A stretch of 64,000 nucleotides of DNA, from assembly GCA_963749495.1 (NCBI GenBank), contig CAVVMW010000015.1, positions 224,001-288,000 on the forward strand. The letters run 5' to 3'. Positions 49,526 to 62,412 of this stretch are shown piece by piece. The notes beneath the pieces were generated by a model. It worked only from the letters and a program-made list of their open reading frames with translations, did no database searches and was not told the origin of the DNA. The number at the start of each line of letters is the position of its first letter. Position 1 is the stretch's first letter. The DNA comes from an uncultured bacterium. GTDB lineage: Bacteria > Verrucomicrobiota > Verrucomicrobiia > Limisphaerales > UBA8199. The position numbers and the translations under genes were made by a program.

Positions 49526-52500
49526 ATGAAAAGAAAAAGCCTGTTCATGCTAGGACTCGTCTCTGTGTCCTCGCTTCTCCTCGCGGGTGCACCCAAGGCG
49601 GCCGCCGCCACCGTGATAAAGCCCGTTTTGGACTTCGAATTCAACGAAGGCAAGGGCCCCACAACCACCGACACCGTCGCTAAAATAGCTGGCCTCCTGG
49701 TGGGCCAAGCGCCTCCAGTGGTAATAACCACCAACTCACCGTCCGGCGCAGCCGGCGATAACGTCATTGGCTTCAACCTCGGACTTTATACGAACAACTC
49801 CTGCCTGGTTGTCGATGACAGCAACAGTCCGATCCTGGCCTTCGCCACCAACGCCCCCTTCACGATGGAGGCCTGGGTGAACCGGGAGGTCGGTGATACC
49901 AACACCTACGAGGGCATCGGCGGCTACGGTTTCTCTTACAAAATGGGCTTGGGCAATGATGGCGAGTTCGTGTTCACCCTGTTCGGCATTGTCGATCTCT
50001 ACAGCGGCTACAACCCACCGGCGGGCGAATGGCATCACTTGGCCGCGGCTTGGACGCCGGGCACAGGTGTGGCACTCTACCATGACGGGATACTCATCAC
50101 GAACCTCGCTGAGACCGGCGTCCCCAGGGCCTATCAGTTCAACACGCTGTCCATTGGCTCGGAACAACCCGGCCTGACGGCCTTCCACGGAATGATTGAT
50201 CGCTTCCGAATCAGTAAGGGTGCCTTGGCAGCCGCAGACCTGGATAGCGATCCCAAGAATCCCAAAGCCGCCACCACCAACACAGTCGTGGCCTACAGTT
50301 TCGACCAACCAGCGTACCCCTTCCCGAGTTCTGCGGCCACAGCCCAACCGGCCATCCCGTATGATCCCACTGGGCCCACATTCGTTGCCGATACACCTTC
50401 GGGCATGGCGGGTGATTACTCTATGAGCTTTACCAATGCTGGCACCAATCTCCAGCAGATCGTCGTCCCCGACCCCGCCACCGTGGTGCAACTGGACACG
50501 AATAATCCTTCCTTCACGATACAGGCCTGGGTCAAGCTCAGCGGCATGCACACTAACCGCGAGGTGCTCTTCTATGCCAACGGACCGGGTGGGGCCGTCT
50601 CCTTCTCGATATTCACCAACCGCACGGTCTTCGTCACCACCCTGGGTGTCAAAGACCAAGAATCCAACGCTGCCATCCCGGATGACGGCAAATGGCACCA
50701 TATCGCGGTCGTTCATCAAAACTTATCGAATTTCCTCTTCTACGTTGATGGCGCTCTTTCGGATACTCAGGCCTATACAGGGAGCGTCATTTTCACCCGG
50801 ACTAACCAGGTCTTCTATATCGGCTCTGAAAACACCGGCGGTTTGCAATACCTCGGCATGCTCGACCGGTTGAAAGTCACCAGCGGGATTTTGACACCCA
50901 GTCAATTGGACTACCACGCGGTCCCAGGGCCGCAAGTGCTCTTGGCTGGCGGCGTGGACAGTGGCGTCGGCGTTACCTTCGATCGCCCGGTGGATCCGGC
51001 CACGGCCACCAACACTGCCAACTACACGGTGACGGGCGCGACAGTAGAGGGTGCCACTCTCTTTGAAGGCAAATACGTGGCCCTGCAACTCGCGGGCATC
51101 CCCAGCGCTGGTTTCACCATAACCGTCAAAGGAGTCATAGACCTCGTCGGCAACGTCATCAACGGCACCGTGAGCGCGACTGGGCAACTTGGCGAATTGG
51201 CCTCCGCGGACATCGGCACCCCCGGTGTCGATCCGCTGCAGCCGGGCTTTGCCGCGGCTCTCGGCAATGATGGTTACCTGGTCGGCGGCGGCGGCAGCGA
51301 TATTTACGGCAACACAGACGGGTTCCACTTTCTCTATACACCGTTTAGCGGCGCGTTTGACGTCCGGGTCCGCGTGGAGTGGATGAACCCCATAGGCACC
51401 GGTGACGTATGGGCCAAGGCCGGCCTTATGGTGCGTGAGACGCTGGACGCCGGCAGCCCTAATGTGCATGTCCACGCCACCCGGAGCGACGGCGAGAACG
51501 GCGTTTATATGACTTGGCGCGATGTGGCCAACAATGCAACCACCAGCAGCGCCGCCTTGGAAACGCCAGAGCCTTATCCGAACACATGGCTCCGCCTGGT
51601 GCGCCCCAGCCCGACCGCCAACGTGTTCAACTCGGTACTATAGCACTGACGGCGGGAACTGGGTCTTTGCTGGCTCCCACACCAACCCGGGCACGCTGAT
51701 CCAGGGCACGGTCTATGTGGGGATGGACGTGACCGAGCATAACAACACCGCCACTGTGCCGCTCGGCTTGGCCGTCTTCCAGCAGTTTTCCCTCGCTCCT
51801 TATCCGCCGGTGGTGTCGGCGGCGCGGACCTACGGCCTCGGCTTCAAACTTGGCGCCGATGCTGGCACCACGGCGACGACGAAGATGCAGCCGGGTGATG
51901 TCGCCGGCGTTTCCGGCGTGGCGCAGGCGAATTGGAACAATCTCAACGGCGCCGCTGGGACCAACGTGACCAAGTTCGTGGGCGACCTCGCTGACGACAC
52001 CGCCACCAATACCAGCGTGGTGGTCAACTACACTGCCAACGGCACATGGGCCTCAACCGGCGAAGGCGAAGAGAATAACCAGTTCCCGCCCGGCCCTGAC
52101 CGCGCGCTGATGGCGGGCTACCTGGACACCGGCGCTGCGACCACCACGAGCGTCACCATCTCCAACCTGCCGCCGCAACTGACCGGCGGTGGTTATGACT
52201 TGTACATCTATTTCACGGGCGGCACGGACAATGACCGCTACGGTGGTTATCGGGTCCTGGATGCCGCCACCAAGGCCGTCCTCAAGGACTATGTTGAGCT
52301 GGCCTGCAGCAGCAATGCCTCCAGTTTCATCGAGGCCCCTGCCGGCACGAACAAGCCTCCTCTCGCCAAGGGCAATTACTTCGTGTTCAGCGGGTTGACC
52401 GCAACCAACATCGCCATTGAGGCCACCACCGCCAACGGGTATGGCGGCGGCGGCACTCCGCGTGCACCGCTCAATGCCGTCCAATTCGTCGCTCCGACGA

Positions 52501-55121
52501 GCACCGTGCCTCCGCCGGCAGTTCCGGGCGAGCTGGGTCAAACGATCAATGGCTTCCAGGATGACTTCAGCGGTCCCGTGCGTGATCCGAACTGGATCGC
52601 CGTAGGGCCCGGTGGCGACCAGTACCAGCAATTGAACGGGGTGCTGCACGTCACCACCCTGTCGGGTGACCCGAACCATCTGATTTACGTGGGCCCTGGC
52701 GGCAGCAATACCACGCAAGAAGTCCTCGCGCGCCTTCGCGTGATCAACTTCGGCACCGGTGACCCGTCGCGCGGTGGCATTGCCACCTGCGTGATCACAA
52801 ACGTACCGGGGCATACTCCTGTTACTGACTGGATGGGGTTGAACCTGAACCTCCGGAACAACTCGGAGGGCACACCGGCCACCTACTTGCACTTCAGGAT
52901 GCTGGATGATCTCCGCGCTTGGGGGCCGCAAACCAGCTACGGTTGGACCAAGAACACCTGGTACTGGCTGCGCCTGAGGACCGATCCCTCCAAACCCGAT
53001 GGCACGAACATCGTCTTTGCCAAGACCTGGCTGGCCGATGGCCAGACGCCTGAACAACCCGGTTGGGACATCGCCTGGTCCAGTCCGCCGACCCCGCTGC
53101 ACGGCGGGTATGCTGGCATCACGGGCACCAGCGCCGGTGGGTTGTCCGAATTCGAGGTTAGCTACGTCCTGATCAAGTGCGCCAGTCTGCCGAAGATCAC
53201 GGTGAACTTCAGCGTCGCTCCGCTGCCGAACGCTTATGTGCGATCGGTTTCACCGGCGATGGGTGCCACCTCCGTCGATCCCAATGCCGAGGTCCAAGCG
53301 GTAATTGTTGATGGCGCGCATCCGATCGATCCGAAGTCGTTCACGATGATGCTCAACAACGCGCCTGTGGCTGTTAACGTGAGCAAGGTGGCGGATGTCG
53401 CCACCGTAACTTATGTTCCCGACGGCATTTACGCGCCCAATAACACGATCAACGTGACGCTGGGCTATGTCGAGAACGGCGAAGCGATGAGTGCCCAATG
53501 GTCATTCTCGGTGGCCCCGTACACCAAGGACTTGCTCCATGGATACGTCGGCGCGATCAAGGGACCTGCCTTCTTCAGCCCGAATGGTGGCGGCCATACT
53601 GGCAAGCCGGGTGATTACGCCATCAACTTCGGTGAAACCGGCTCGGGCACCTCGGTGCACGTCGCCGATGGCAGTTTCCTGAACGTGGCCGCCGCAAGCG
53701 ACGTCATGAGCATGTCCTTCTGGGTTAAGCGGATCTCGACGAACGATGTTACCACGGGTTCGTCCGCCTTCTGGGCCGTGTCGCCTTCGAGTGGCGGCTC
53801 ACGCGGTTACCAGGCCCATACCCCGTGGAGCGACAAGAACATCTACTTCGACACTGCGGGTTGCTGCGATGGCAAATTGGAGCGCATTAACTCCAGTATC
53901 ACGAACTTCGCCGCTTACAACGCTGTCGGCAACGACGGCTTCTGGACGAACTGGCATAACTTCGTGTTCGTGAAGGACACTACCAATAAATTCATCTATA
54001 TCGATGGCACCCTGTTCCTCAAGGGCACAAACACCGCCGCTCTGCCGCAAGACTTCACCGATCTGTATATGGGAGCGGATTACACCGGCGTGGCTAATAA
54101 CATGAAAGGCCTCATCGATGACTTCGCCATCTATTCCAGCGCCGTGAGCGCCGAGGATGCCGCCCTGCTCTTCAGCGGGACGCCGCCGACCGCCCTGGCG
54201 GGTGACACCCTCCTGGCCTACTGGGACTTCGACGATGCCGCCGTGTCGTCCCTCCGCTCCTACAGCATCGGCCTGCACTTCGGCGCCGATGAACCCAACG
54301 GGGCTAATGGCAGCATAGTGGCTTCCAACGCCATCGCCGGTGTGCCGAGCGTGATGCAGGCCAACTGGAACAACCTCAAACTTGCTAGTGGCACGAATGT
54401 CGTCAACATCGTCGCCGATAACCTTGACAATACTTCCTCAACCACGTTGGTGAGTGTGAGCTACTCCGCAGCCAACACTTGGGCCTCGATGGGTCGGAGC
54501 GAGGCGAATAATGCGTTCCCGCCTGGCCCTGACCAGGAACTCATGCTCGGTTACTTGGACACGGCCTCTGCCGGCACGACTACGGTGACCATCTCCAACC
54601 TGCCGCCCATCCTGACCGCCAACGGCTATTCAGTCTATGTTTATGCCTTGGGTGGTGTGGATAGCGGCAGGTCAGGCGGCTATCGTATCCTAGATGCCGG
54701 CACCGGGGCGGTTCTCAAGGATTACGTGTTCGCCACGGGAACGAGCAACGCCGTGGGCTACGTTCAAGCCCCGGTCAGCGTCAACCCGGCTGCACCGGGA
54801 GTCGGTAACTATATCGTCTTCAGCGGTTTAACCGCGTCGAACATCACAATTCAGGCCACCACTGACCACGGCCTTGGCGGCAGCGGGACCCCGCGTGCGC
54901 CGATAAACGCCATCCAGCTCGTGGCGCCGCCAGCCTTCTTCGGTCCACCAGCGGACCTCGCGGTTAGCATCTCCGTGGCCCCGACTGGTCTGATGATCAG
55001 GTTCACCGGCACGCTCCAGTCCGCCGATCAGGTAAAAGGGCCGTGGACCGATGTGCCGGGCACCAGCCCGCTCACCATCACACCGAGCGCCGGCATGAAA
55101 TTCTACCGTTCCAGAAATTAG
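49526..55121 (+). CDS. Large secreted LamG/concanavalin-like multi-domain protein (about 1865 aa), apparent frameshift near 51635
   Basis: Signal peptide; LamG motifs (FTMEAWV..WHHLA..IDRFRI; DGKWHHIAVV; LIDDFAIY); WAKAGLMVRE domain; C-terminal GTLQSADQVKGPWTDV..KFYRS. Removing one G joins the two ORFs. Confidence 0.85.
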
Positions 55122-55145
55122 TTAGCTGGCGCGCGACTTGAGTGC

Positions 55146-55178
55146 AGAGGCCGGACAGATGTCCGGCCTCTTTTGTTT
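55146..55178 (+). terminator. Rho-independent terminator
   Basis: AGAGGCCGGACA-GA-TGTCCGGCCTCT followed by TTTGTTT, 25 nt after the stop. Confidence 0.85.
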
Positions 55179-55864
55179 CTTTAGGCATTAGTTGCCCCAC
55201 TCGCCGTTCAACAGAGGGCCGATTCCTGCCATCCAGCGGGCCGGTGATCGGATCGGAGAGCCGGGGTCAGCCCCTGAGGGCGGCGCGTGTGCGCTTTGCC
55301 AACTCATTGTCGGGTGCATCGGACCCTTTCAAGTGAAAGGCGCTGGCAGCCAGGCAACGCTCACGCTCAGTCCGACGCTCTCGGCGGGCACGCCCTGAAA
55401 GACAAACGAACCGCCGGCGCCCAAGTTCACATTCGGCAGCGTGTCCCAGGCGTCCCGGGCGGCCGAGCATGGCGCGCGGCCCTCATTATCGGTGCCACAG
55501 TCGGCTTAGCGAACCCGCTCATGGCGGGCGCTCTGCCGCCGGCTCAAAGCACGCCGGATCAAGCGGGCGGTGGGAGAGGTTATTGCAGGCAAACGCGGCG
55601 TGGCCAATGCGGCCTGGTGGGGATTTGAGAAAACGGACTCGACAGGGCCTCTTGAGGCAGCGATGCGTTCTGCCCGACCACCCGCATCGCTGGGTGCTGG
55701 ACCTTCCCCAATCACGCATCCTTGGCGGCTCCTCTAAGTGCCGCGTCAGGATTTCGTGAATGCCAGTGGCCGTATCAGGGACTATCGCATTAACGTGAGC
55801 GACCGCCTCGTGACTTCGGAGTGAAGAAGCACGCATCTGTCGCAGGTTGATGCCTCGGATTGGA

Positions 55865-56075
55865 GGGGGCCGCCAGCGTGCGCCTGCCGGAACCCGCCGG
55901 ACCCAACATTAGCAGATTGTGGCCGCCGGCGGCGGCAATCTCCATCGCCCGCTTGACATTCTCCCGGGCCGGAATTGATGAGCGCGGTCATGACCCGGTC
56001 ACGGGATTCTTTGACGGCGGCATCGGGAAGGCCGACAATCACGATAATCGTGTCCCCATATTCGGCATTGACCTC
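55865..56075 (-). pseudogene. comM: ComM/YifB Mg-chelatase-like ATPase remnant with internal deletion
   Basis: IVGLPDAAVKESRDRVMTALINSG fused out of frame to ENVKRAMEIAAAGGHNLLMLGPAGSG. Confidence 0.8.
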
Positions 56076-56147
56076 TGCTTCCAGCCGGCGCCGACCGGCA
56101 TGACTGCAACGAGGAGCGCCAAGGGGCCGACGAGCCGCCGCAGCGGT

Positions 56148-57873
56148 TCACCTGGGATGGGGATTGGACATCTGTTCCAGCTTGTTAACGGCGGCTTTTT
56201 GTTCGGGCGTGTCGAGGTAAGGCAGCAGATCGGAAGGTTTTGGTGGCCATTGTCCGTTGTGGGCTTCAGCGTAGGCCTTGAGGGCCGGGGCAATTATCTG
56301 GGCTTCAGGCGGCGGAGGTTCGGCTTCATTGAGGTACTTCTGGACGGTGGCGGCGTCGATGGGGCTCTTGAGATAGGGCATGAGCTGTGATGGATCAGCA
56401 GGCAACTGACCGTAGTTATCGCGAGCGAAGTCGCCGATCGCGCCTCCGACGACCGCCCTGACCTTGTTGACCCCGCCCCCGCCGCCCCCGTTCATGGACA
56501 TGAACTGGTCGGAGTCGTATTCGTCATCCACCATGACGGCTTTTTCTGACGAGGGTCTTTGACGGATCAACTTGTCCGGTTTGGACCAGCTCATAGCGTT
56601 GCAGCATGGCATCGGTAACGGGTATGTCAAAGTAAGGTTTGAGTTCCAAAAGACTGGCCGGCAGGAGGCCGTTGTTGGCCGCGGTGTATTTTTGGAGGGC
56701 GATGCGCATCAGCGCCAGGAACTTGCCCACAGCTTCATCGCGCAGTTGGCGGAAGGCCATGCGGGCCCCATCATCGGTGGCGAGGGCGGCGTCGGCCCAG
56801 GCCTGCGCGCTGAGCAAGTCGAGCTCGGGGATGCTCTTGTCGGGCATCTGTTGGAGCTTCTGCTTGAGCCAGGCAACGCGCGCGGCGGGCAAGTCGCCCT
56901 TTTCACCGCGCAAGCGCGCGACCTCGGCGCGGAGTTTCGCCAATTCCGAGGGCCCGTTTGCATTCAGGGCGGCCTGATTGGAGAGGGCAGCCAGGCGGCC
57001 CTGCGCCTCGTCGCGCTCGCGCTGCAGTTGCCTCATGTTTTCGGTTAGCGCCGCTTGCTCTTGCAGAGAGGTTTGGAGGCGGTCGCGCAGTGTAGAAAGC
57101 TGGCGCGCCTGGTAAACCGCGGTGCCGGCGGCGGCCACGAGCGCGGCAGTGACGAGTGTCTTTTGGAAGGTTGTCATGACAATGGTTTTGGCGGCGGTCA
57201 TCAGGGTTGGCGCCGACAAAGTGGTTCCGGCCAGAGCGGCTGCGGCGGAGATGCTGCCGGCAAGCCCGGCAGGGGCGGCTTGGGCGGCCCCGATGGTGAG
57301 GGCGGCGGTCAGCGCGCCCGCTCCGACAGCGATGCCGCGCTTGGCGAAAAACTGCCGCAGTCGTTCGATAGACCTGGAGACCCGCTTTTGCGCAGCCTCT
57401 TCGGTAGTGCCCAGGGCTTGCGCAATTTCGCGCGCGGTTTTGTGTTGGAAGTAGCGCAGGAGGAGCGCGTCACGGTCCGGCTCACTTAGCGTCCCAATTG
57501 CGGCATCAAGATGGGGCAGGATCTTTTCCCAGATGCTTTCGGGCTCGCTTGAGAGTATGTCGTTCATGATGGCGCCCTCCTGCTCATAGGCGCGACGCCG
57601 CGCGTCGGATCGGACGGCATTGGCCGCGAGGTTTCGCGTCGTGCTATACAACCATCCCGTCAACGCAGGACGGTCCAGGAGCCGGGGCGCGCTCCTGGCC
57701 AGCGCCATGAACACGCCCTGCGCCACATCCTGCGCCAATTGCTCTTCCCGCACGATCCGCAAGCCGGCGCAATACACGAGGTCAACGTGCCGTCGCACCA
57801 GCTCGGCAAATGCCGCCTCCGACCCGTGCTCCGCGTAATCTCGCAAGAGCTGGCTGTCCGTCGCGTCGCTCAT
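56148..57873 (-). CDS. ECF sigma-70 factor with long C-terminal extension, apparent frameshift in a homopolymer near 56543
   Basis: DSQLLRDYAEHGSEAAFAELVRRHVDLVY, region 4 DRDALLLRYF..EAAQKRVSR, Ala-rich TM segment, coiled coil. Confidence 0.85.
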
Positions 57874-58110
57874 CCTCTAAGTAGTAACCGCTCGTTTCGA
57901 AAACGGACAGAAAAAGCGATGCGAGGCGTATCGCCTTGAACGAGGAACGCGCGGACGAGGCGTCCGCGCTCCTATCCGACGGCTTTTCGGGCCGCCCGAA
58001 CAGTCGGGTCATTTCAACGCGATTCCAGGACGAGCAACCAGTCACCTGAACTTTTCTGTCCCGAATTTGGCCCGGTGGGGATAGTATTTTATGAAGTGAA
58101 TGATTGGCCG

Positions 58111-58292
58111 GACATGCAACGCTTGCGGGAGTATGCCGAGCATGGCATCGAGGAAGCCTTCACGGTCCTGGTGCGGCGGCATGTGGCGATGGTGTACCAC
58201 GCGGCCTTTCGCCAAATCCGGAATGCGGAATTGGCGGAAGAAGTAGTCCAGACCGTGTTCACACTCCTGGCTCGGAAGGCGGGCCGCATTTC
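58111..58292 (+). pseudogene. Truncated N-terminus of a second ECF sigma factor
   Basis: DMQRLREYAEHGIEEAFTVLVRRHVAMVY...VFTLLARKA, then ends abruptly. Confidence 0.75.
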
Positions 58293-58452
58293 CGGGAGGC
58301 GTTGTTTGTCGAATCCCGGCACCAGGTATCCCGACCAGGCGGCCAGCATCCCTGCGCCCATCACCTTCATGGCCACGATGCCCATGCCCAGCTCATGGGC
58401 TTTGGCCACGCAGGCATCGCGCAGGGTGATCATGCGCGCGGTCCAGATCTGA
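58290..58452 (-). pseudogene. Aldo/keto reductase internal fragment
   Basis: AKAHELGMGIVAMKVMGAG motif. Confidence 0.6.
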
Positions 58453-58464
58453 TCGTAACCCCGG

Positions 58465-58885
58465 GGGATATAGGAGCGTAAGGTGATTTCGCAGCGTGTA
58501 GCCGTTGTGGCGCAAGCCTTCAGGGGAATAGTCGCTCACCCAGGGCGCGGGATTGGACGGATGGACTCCGTCGCGGGCAATCAGGGTGGGCACTTGATAT
58601 TCGTCGCCCGGGCTGTCCTTGAACTGGGGCAGTGAGCCGTCCCAGTCCTCGGGGCGGCGCTGCAGGATTTCCGCCGAGTAGTCCAGCAGCGGGATTTTCA
58701 GTTTGCGGGCCAGACCCCGCGCCACTTCGGCAAACCGCCTGGACTTCGCGAGTTGCCCGCTGCGCGGGGGCATGGTGGTGAGCAGCACAATCGTTCCGTT
58801 GGCCAGGCAGCGCTGGATGACTTCACGGGTCTTGGCCTCGTATTCGGAGGCGTCCATCTGGCCCACGTCGTTGCTCCCAAAAGGA
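58465..58885 (-). pseudogene. SGNH/GDSL hydrolase C-terminal fragment
   Basis: FGSNDV, LLTTMPP, DGVHPSN; block I is missing. Confidence 0.7.
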
Positions 58886-58953
58886 CCAGGCAACATGGAT
58901 TTCATTTTACAAACAGCATTGACCTGCTGTCAGTTCTATAAAATGCTGACGGC

Positions 58954-61293
58954 ATGAAACTCATCCGGCTGCTCTCGAACCTCCGCCAATATGCGCTTCC
59001 GGTGGCAGCAGTTGCCGTTTGCGCGGCCGGGCATGCCGGGCTTGCGGCAACAATGTCCCTGGATGTTTCCACGGCCAGGCTGGTAACGGGTCCCAAAGCC
59101 AATGCCGCGCTCGAATTCGCGGATGGCCCTCGCTGGCCGGTATCCGATCGCCCAGCCATGGCCCTGGAAGCCACTGGGGCCATGCAGCCGGCCGAGTCTG
59201 CTGAGCTTTCCGGCGACACGCTGGCGGTGCGTTTTGCCGATGGAGCCGAGCCGAGTTCCAGGTGACCCGCGGCCACGGGTTCGCGGTGTTTCGCCTGGCG
59301 CGGCTCGAGGCGCGGCAACCGGTCACGCGTTTCCGGTTGTTCCAGCTCGCCGCCCCTCTCCAAGCCCGGTCTTGTGGCACAATAAATGGCGCGGCGCTGG
59401 ACGGCAATTTTGCCGCTGTCATGGCCGTCAAACCCAATGTCCACGCTTTCAATGAGCAAGCGGGCGGCGAACGCGCGGACCGGGCTGGATGCAGCCATGA
59501 GTTTGTCCAGGTCATGAACCTTTGCGTGGAGACCGAAAAAGCCCACGGCCTCGAACCGGCGGCCTTCGGCGTAATCGCCTGCCGCGAGGCGGATTTCCTC
59601 GACACCGTAGCGCGCTTCGAAGCGACCGCCGGCCTGCCCAGCCCCAAGCCCGGCGGTGTCTGGAACAAGCAATCACCCTGGGTCAAGCGCTCGTACCTCT
59701 TCCTCACCGATTTCCGCGAGTCCCAGTTTGATCAAGCTTTGGCCCTGGCGCGCCGCGGCGGCTTCCACATGATCCTCTTGGGCCAGGAATCCTGGGCCCG
59801 CGGCACGGGGCATTACGAGATCGACCGGGACCGGTTCCCTGACGGTTTGGAGGGTTTAAAACGGACCATCGGCCGCTTCAAGGACGCCGGCTTCCGGGTT
59901 GGGCTGCATTTTCTGGGGCCATCCATTTACCCGCCCGATCCGTACCTCACGCCCGTACCGGACCCGCGCCTGGTCAAGGGCGCCGCCGCCACGCTCGCAG
60001 CCGGCGTAAACGCCACTACCAACTTCCTGCCCCTGACTACGGCGCCGGCCAACTTTCCCGCCGAGGACGGCGGCTACGAGGGTCAAGGGACCGTGCTCCA
60101 ACTCGGCGAGGAGTTGATCCAGTACAAGTCCCCTTCACGCCAGCCGCCCTTTGGCTTTCTCGAATGCCATCGCGGTTACCTCGGCACGCACCCCGCCCCG
60201 CACCCAAAAGGCGAGACCGTTCGCCACCTCGTCCGCGCCTACGGCTACCACATGTTCGATATGGACACCCCACTCCTCGACGAAGTGGCCACGCATTTCG
60301 CCCGCGTCGCCAACACCTGCGGCATCGACATGATTTACTTCGACGGCTCCGAACAGTTACAGGGGGAGCACTGGTTCTACAATGCCCGCCTCCACCAGGC
60401 CTTCTACGACAAGCTCACCAATAAAGACGTGCTCCTCCAGGCCAGCAGCTTCAGCCATTACTCCTGGCACCTGCTCGCCCGCAGCGCCTCTGCCGATGGC
60501 CACGGCGACCTCAAAGGCTATCTCGACCAGCGCTCGGGCTGGTTTAATTCGTTCGCGCGCGACTGGATGCCCCTGGACATCGGCTGGTATTACGGCTATG
60601 ACCCCACCGCCACTCCCGACATGTTCGAGTATGTCCTGGGCGCCACTCTCGGCTACGACTCCTCCATGTCCTTCCAGGTCTCCTGCAAAGCCGCCGCGGC
60701 CCATCCCTTTACCGGCGCCATCCTGGACCTCATCGCCCGCTACGAGCAATTGCGCCTCTCAGGCCAGGTCCCCGAATCCATCAAGGCCCGCCTGCGCATC
60801 GATCCCACCCTCACCGCCATCAAGCCCGGTGAAGCCCAGCCCGCCCTGGTGGAACAGCGCCGCGAATACCGCCTCCTCGAAGAAAACGGCAGGCCCTATT
60901 TCCAACGCGTCCTCTATCGAGCCCTGGCACGAAATCAACCCCGCCCAGACGAACTCCGCCACTTGGCGAGTCCACGTCAAAGATGCCCCAGCCCGCATCG
61001 GCGTCCAACTCCACGCCCCTGCCGGCGCGGAGATCGTTGACCCCTGCATCGAACTCGCCGGCCACCGCCTCGGCTGGCAGGGTAAGTTGGCCCAAGGCCA
61101 GTTTCTCTTCTTCTGGCCCGGTGAACCTGTCACTCGCTACAGTCCACAGCAGAATCCCAGCCCAGGCCCCATCGCGCCCTCCATCACCCTGCCGCCCGGC
61201 GAGTATTCCGCCACGTTCGGCTCGCGCGAACCGCTCAAGGCTCCCGTGCGCGTGCGGCTCACCCTCCAACCGCCGGAGCGCATGGACCTCTGA
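58954..61293 (+). CDS. Secreted hypothetical protein, possibly a TIM-barrel glycoside hydrolase; apparent frameshifts near 59250 and 60917
   Basis: Signal peptide; FPDGLEGLK...GFRVGLH, GIDMIYFDGSE motifs. Three consecutive ORFs join with single-base corrections. Confidence 0.65.
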
Positions 61294-61415
61294 TTTTCGA
61301 CTGAACGGCTCCTGGGCAGCTTCAAATGCGTGTGTGATAATCCAGAGTCTGTTGGACAGACATTTTCGTGACGTCAAAATGAAAAGGAACCCTGCCTTCT
61401 GCGTTGCCTCCGCAC

Positions 61416-62243
61416 TCAATCCAGACCGAGCAGTCGGCGGACATTGCCTCCAAGGACCAAGGCTTCCTTTTCCGGGGGCAGCTTCAACAGCCGGACCTTC
61501 TGCAGCTCAACCCGCGCATCCACCAGCGGGCCGTCTGATCCAAAGAGCAGTTTCTCGGCTGGCAGCTCCTGCGCGGCTTGTTCCAGGTACTGAGTGAATA
61601 CCACGGACGAAGTGTCCAGATGGAGGTTGGGAAGGCGCTGCGCGGCCCGGATGGCCCGCACATGCTCACGCCACTCGTGAGAGGCAAAACTCCCCAGGTG
61701 CGCCAGGATAAATGGAACCTGCGGATTAGCCTGGACGACTTCCAGGGCCTCATTGACGGTTGGCGGATGGAACAGGATGGGCAGCTTCAGTTCCCTCGCC
61801 GCGTCAACCATTTCCTGGCTGGGCACCCCGTGCAGTTTCAATCCCCTCAGGCCGAGGTCACGCACCTCGTGGCGCAGCAAGCCGCCAATCCTTCCCGCCT
61901 CGGTCTTGGCATCGTGCTTGGCAAAGCCGATGAACTTTGTGGGCCACCGCCGCACATACTCCGCAATCTCCTGATTGGCTTGTTCGTAGGTGACGTTGTT
62001 GATGGGGAAAATCACTGTCCGGTGTATGCCCGCCTCCTCCATTCGGCGCAGTGTCCATTGCGGGTCATTATAGGTCGTCCAGGGATCGCCCTCCTCCTTG
62101 CCATAATTCAGGCCCCTGCCCGCGTGGCAGTGTGTGTCAATCACCTCGGCACGCCCTGACGCAAGGGGAGCGGCGGCAACTGCGCTGAACGTCCGGGCCA
62201 CGCCCGCCAGCAACCCAGCCTTCACGAAATCACGCCGGTTCAT
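61416..62243 (-). CDS. Tat-exported amidohydrolase (Amidohydro_2-like)
   Basis: MNRRDFVK, IDTHCH, GLKLH, ILAHLG, LLFGSDGP. Confidence 0.9.
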   Translation of the reverse strand: MNRRDFVKAGLLAGVARTFSAVAAAPLASGRAEVIDTHCHAGRGLNYGKEEGDPWTTYNDPQWTLRRMEEAGIHRTVIFPINNVTYEQANQEIAEYVRRWPTKFIGFAKHDAKTEAGRIGGLLRHEVRDLGLRGLKLHGVPSQEMVDAARELKLPILFHPPTVNEALEVVQANPQVPFILAHLGSFASHEWREHVRAIRAAQRLPNLHLDTSSVVFTQYLEQAAQELPAEKLLFGSDGPLVDARVELQKVRLLKLPPEKEALVLGGNVRRLLGLD

Positions 62244-62412
62244 CGAATCATCCTTTCCTTTGAGGGTTACATGGTCTCGATTTTAGCCTTCTACCTCTCG
62301 CACCACCAGCTCGTGACGAAACATCGCAGATTTGCAGAGGGTTTCATAGTGAGGGTAGGGTAGGCCGTTCTCACAAGCCGCTCAAGGCCAAACGGCGCAG
62401 TGTGCAGCATTG

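Noticed and set aside
55600..55730. CVLPDHPH resembling the HUH motif of RAYT/IS200 transposases
   Set aside because: Only a few residues match and there is no supporting ORF context.
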